In this document: piece by piece, positions 7,842 through 9,008 of the stretch
Layout of the letters: every line of letters begins with the position of its first letter
Position numbering within the stretch: position 1 is the stretch's first letter
Assembly (NCBI RefSeq): GCF_006345805.1
Contig: NW_021828258.1
Coordinates: 1 to 9,008, forward strand
From: Octopus sinensis
Taxonomy: Eukaryota
Reading direction: 5' to 3'
DNA length: 9,008 nt
The notes under the pieces: model-generated
The model's input: only the letters and a program-made list of their open reading frames with translations
What the model was told of the DNA's origin: nothing
Database searches by the model: none
Position numbers and translations under genes: made by a program

Positions 7842-8005
7842 TCGTCGTTATTAACGATGAGCGTTCAGTTGTTTGATCAACTGAACTAGCAACTTATTCA
7901 ATTATAGTGTATGTGGAAAAGTATTCCATAAACACCTGTTTTTAATGCAATTCTCAGACAGAATCACCGTGACAGAGTGTGAGAAGGCCGGACTTATAAA
8001 ATACG
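7842..8005. mobile_element. Diverged fragment of another interspersed repeat (SINE-like)
   Basis: gttcagttg...caactgaac...ttctcagacagaatcaccgtgacagagtgtgagaaggccgg resembles a recalled octopus repeat. No internal second copy to confirm. Confidence 0.4.
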
Positions 8006-8011
8006 AGCTTC

Positions 8012-8089
8012 CACACAGTTTCCGTCAATTCACTTTCGCTTAGATGGTTCGGATTGATACGAGGTTATGGTTGAAGGCACTTGCCTAAG
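8012..8089 (-). mobile_element. Old, diverged fragment of the same tRNA-SINE head
   Basis: cagtttccgtc...gaggttatggttgaaggcacttgcctaag aligns with cagtttcgtc...gaggctatagtagaagacacttgcccaaag of copy B (~1724-1795). Confidence 0.65.
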
Positions 8090-8194
8090 CAAGATATCAA
8101 GAGAGAATAATTTCAATAAATTAAAAGTAAATTATTAGAAATATTGCATTTCTAAATCTCTCAGAGAGAGTTATACAGTAGCAGAATGATTAAG

Positions 8195-8499
8195 TGATGG
8201 TTTGTTGCCAAATTAACGTGGAAGTCTCAGGAAAGGGAAGAATGCTATTGCTATTTAGCCTCGAGAAACACCGTTTCTAGTTGGCTACGTGGAACAAGCG
8301 TTCTGTGTCCTTAAATTTTCAAACAGGGGAGATAAGCACATCCTTCCAGCAAAGCCAGCATCCAGAGACTAGTTTCCTTTGTTTAAAAACTTAAGGACAC
8401 AGAACGTTGCCAGCTAGAAACGATATTTCCTGGGGCTAAATAACAGTAGCATTCTTCCCTTTCCTGGGACTGCCACATTAAGTTGGCAACAAACCATCA
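8195..8499. mobile_element. Foldback / MITE-like element with long imperfect inverted repeats
   Basis: Arms at 8195-8330 and 8375-8499 with a 44-nt spacer. Manual alignment gives 17 mismatches in 125 positions plus one 11-nt indel. The perfect terminal match begins TGATGGTTTGTTGCCA. No target-site duplication seen. Confidence 0.8.
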
Positions 8500-8581
8500 A
8501 AAAATAAATTAGCATACTTAGAAATATGGATAATCTAAATTTGGTTCTTGAAGCGAAGATCAGTTATAAACACTGTAGTCC

Positions 8582-8620
8582 AGACAATACTACTCTGACT
8601 TCATCAGAGTAGTATTGTCT
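8582..8620. repeat. Perfect 17-bp inverted repeat (hairpin) with 5-nt loop
   Basis: AGACAATACTACTCTGA-cttca-TCAGAGTAGTATTGTCT. Confidence 0.95.
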
Positions 8621-9008
8621 TGTCTTATATCCAGTCAGTTTTTAGACAATTTAACAAATACAATACTAGTTTCGCACTTTCTTCTCCAAGAGAAATTTGT
8701 ATAATTAAAGCAAAAAGAACCGATAAAAAATAACTCAAAGGCACCAGTGGTATGATCTGGACAGAGTGAAGTGGTGTGTATTGAGTTCGATTCACATTAA
8801 ATATTCAAAATAACTTCAAGGATGGAGAAGTCAAAGCCTTAGCTGCAAGTGTTAGCAATTCTGAGTAAAAAAAAAATGAGGGAGATCACTTAGATTAAGA
8901 ATAATTTCAAGGTTGAATTAGCATTCATAAGAAGACAGACTGTCCTTTGTGCAAATACTATGATTAACGAGGCCAAATCGAGACCAAAACACTGTGTCTA
9001 TAGTTGGT

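Noticed and set aside
8809-8912. 13-bp near-direct repeat aataa(c/t)ttcaagg
   Set aside because: It is short and AT-rich, with no element identifiable between the copies, so it is not credible as a TSD or LTR.

Overview
Eukaryotic, AT-rich, repeat-dense non-coding DNA (intronic or intergenic). The interspersed repeats match my recollection of octopus (coleoid cephalopod) repeat families; this taxon call is from memory and unverified. I can support no protein-coding gene: the ORF track is dominated by translations of simple repeats or SINEs. The window holds six copies or fragments of one tRNA-derived SINE (head, internal microsatellite, conserved tail; the copies align to each other), remnants of other SINE-like families, long di- and trinucleotide arrays, and a ~305 bp foldback (MITE-like) element. 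The most notable item is a ~130 bp module inserted in a (TA)n tract (7201-7330, minus strand). It carries a minimal type-I hammerhead-ribozyme-like fold of the Penelope-retroelement kind, with a non-canonical core (CUGUAGA instead of CUGANGA).
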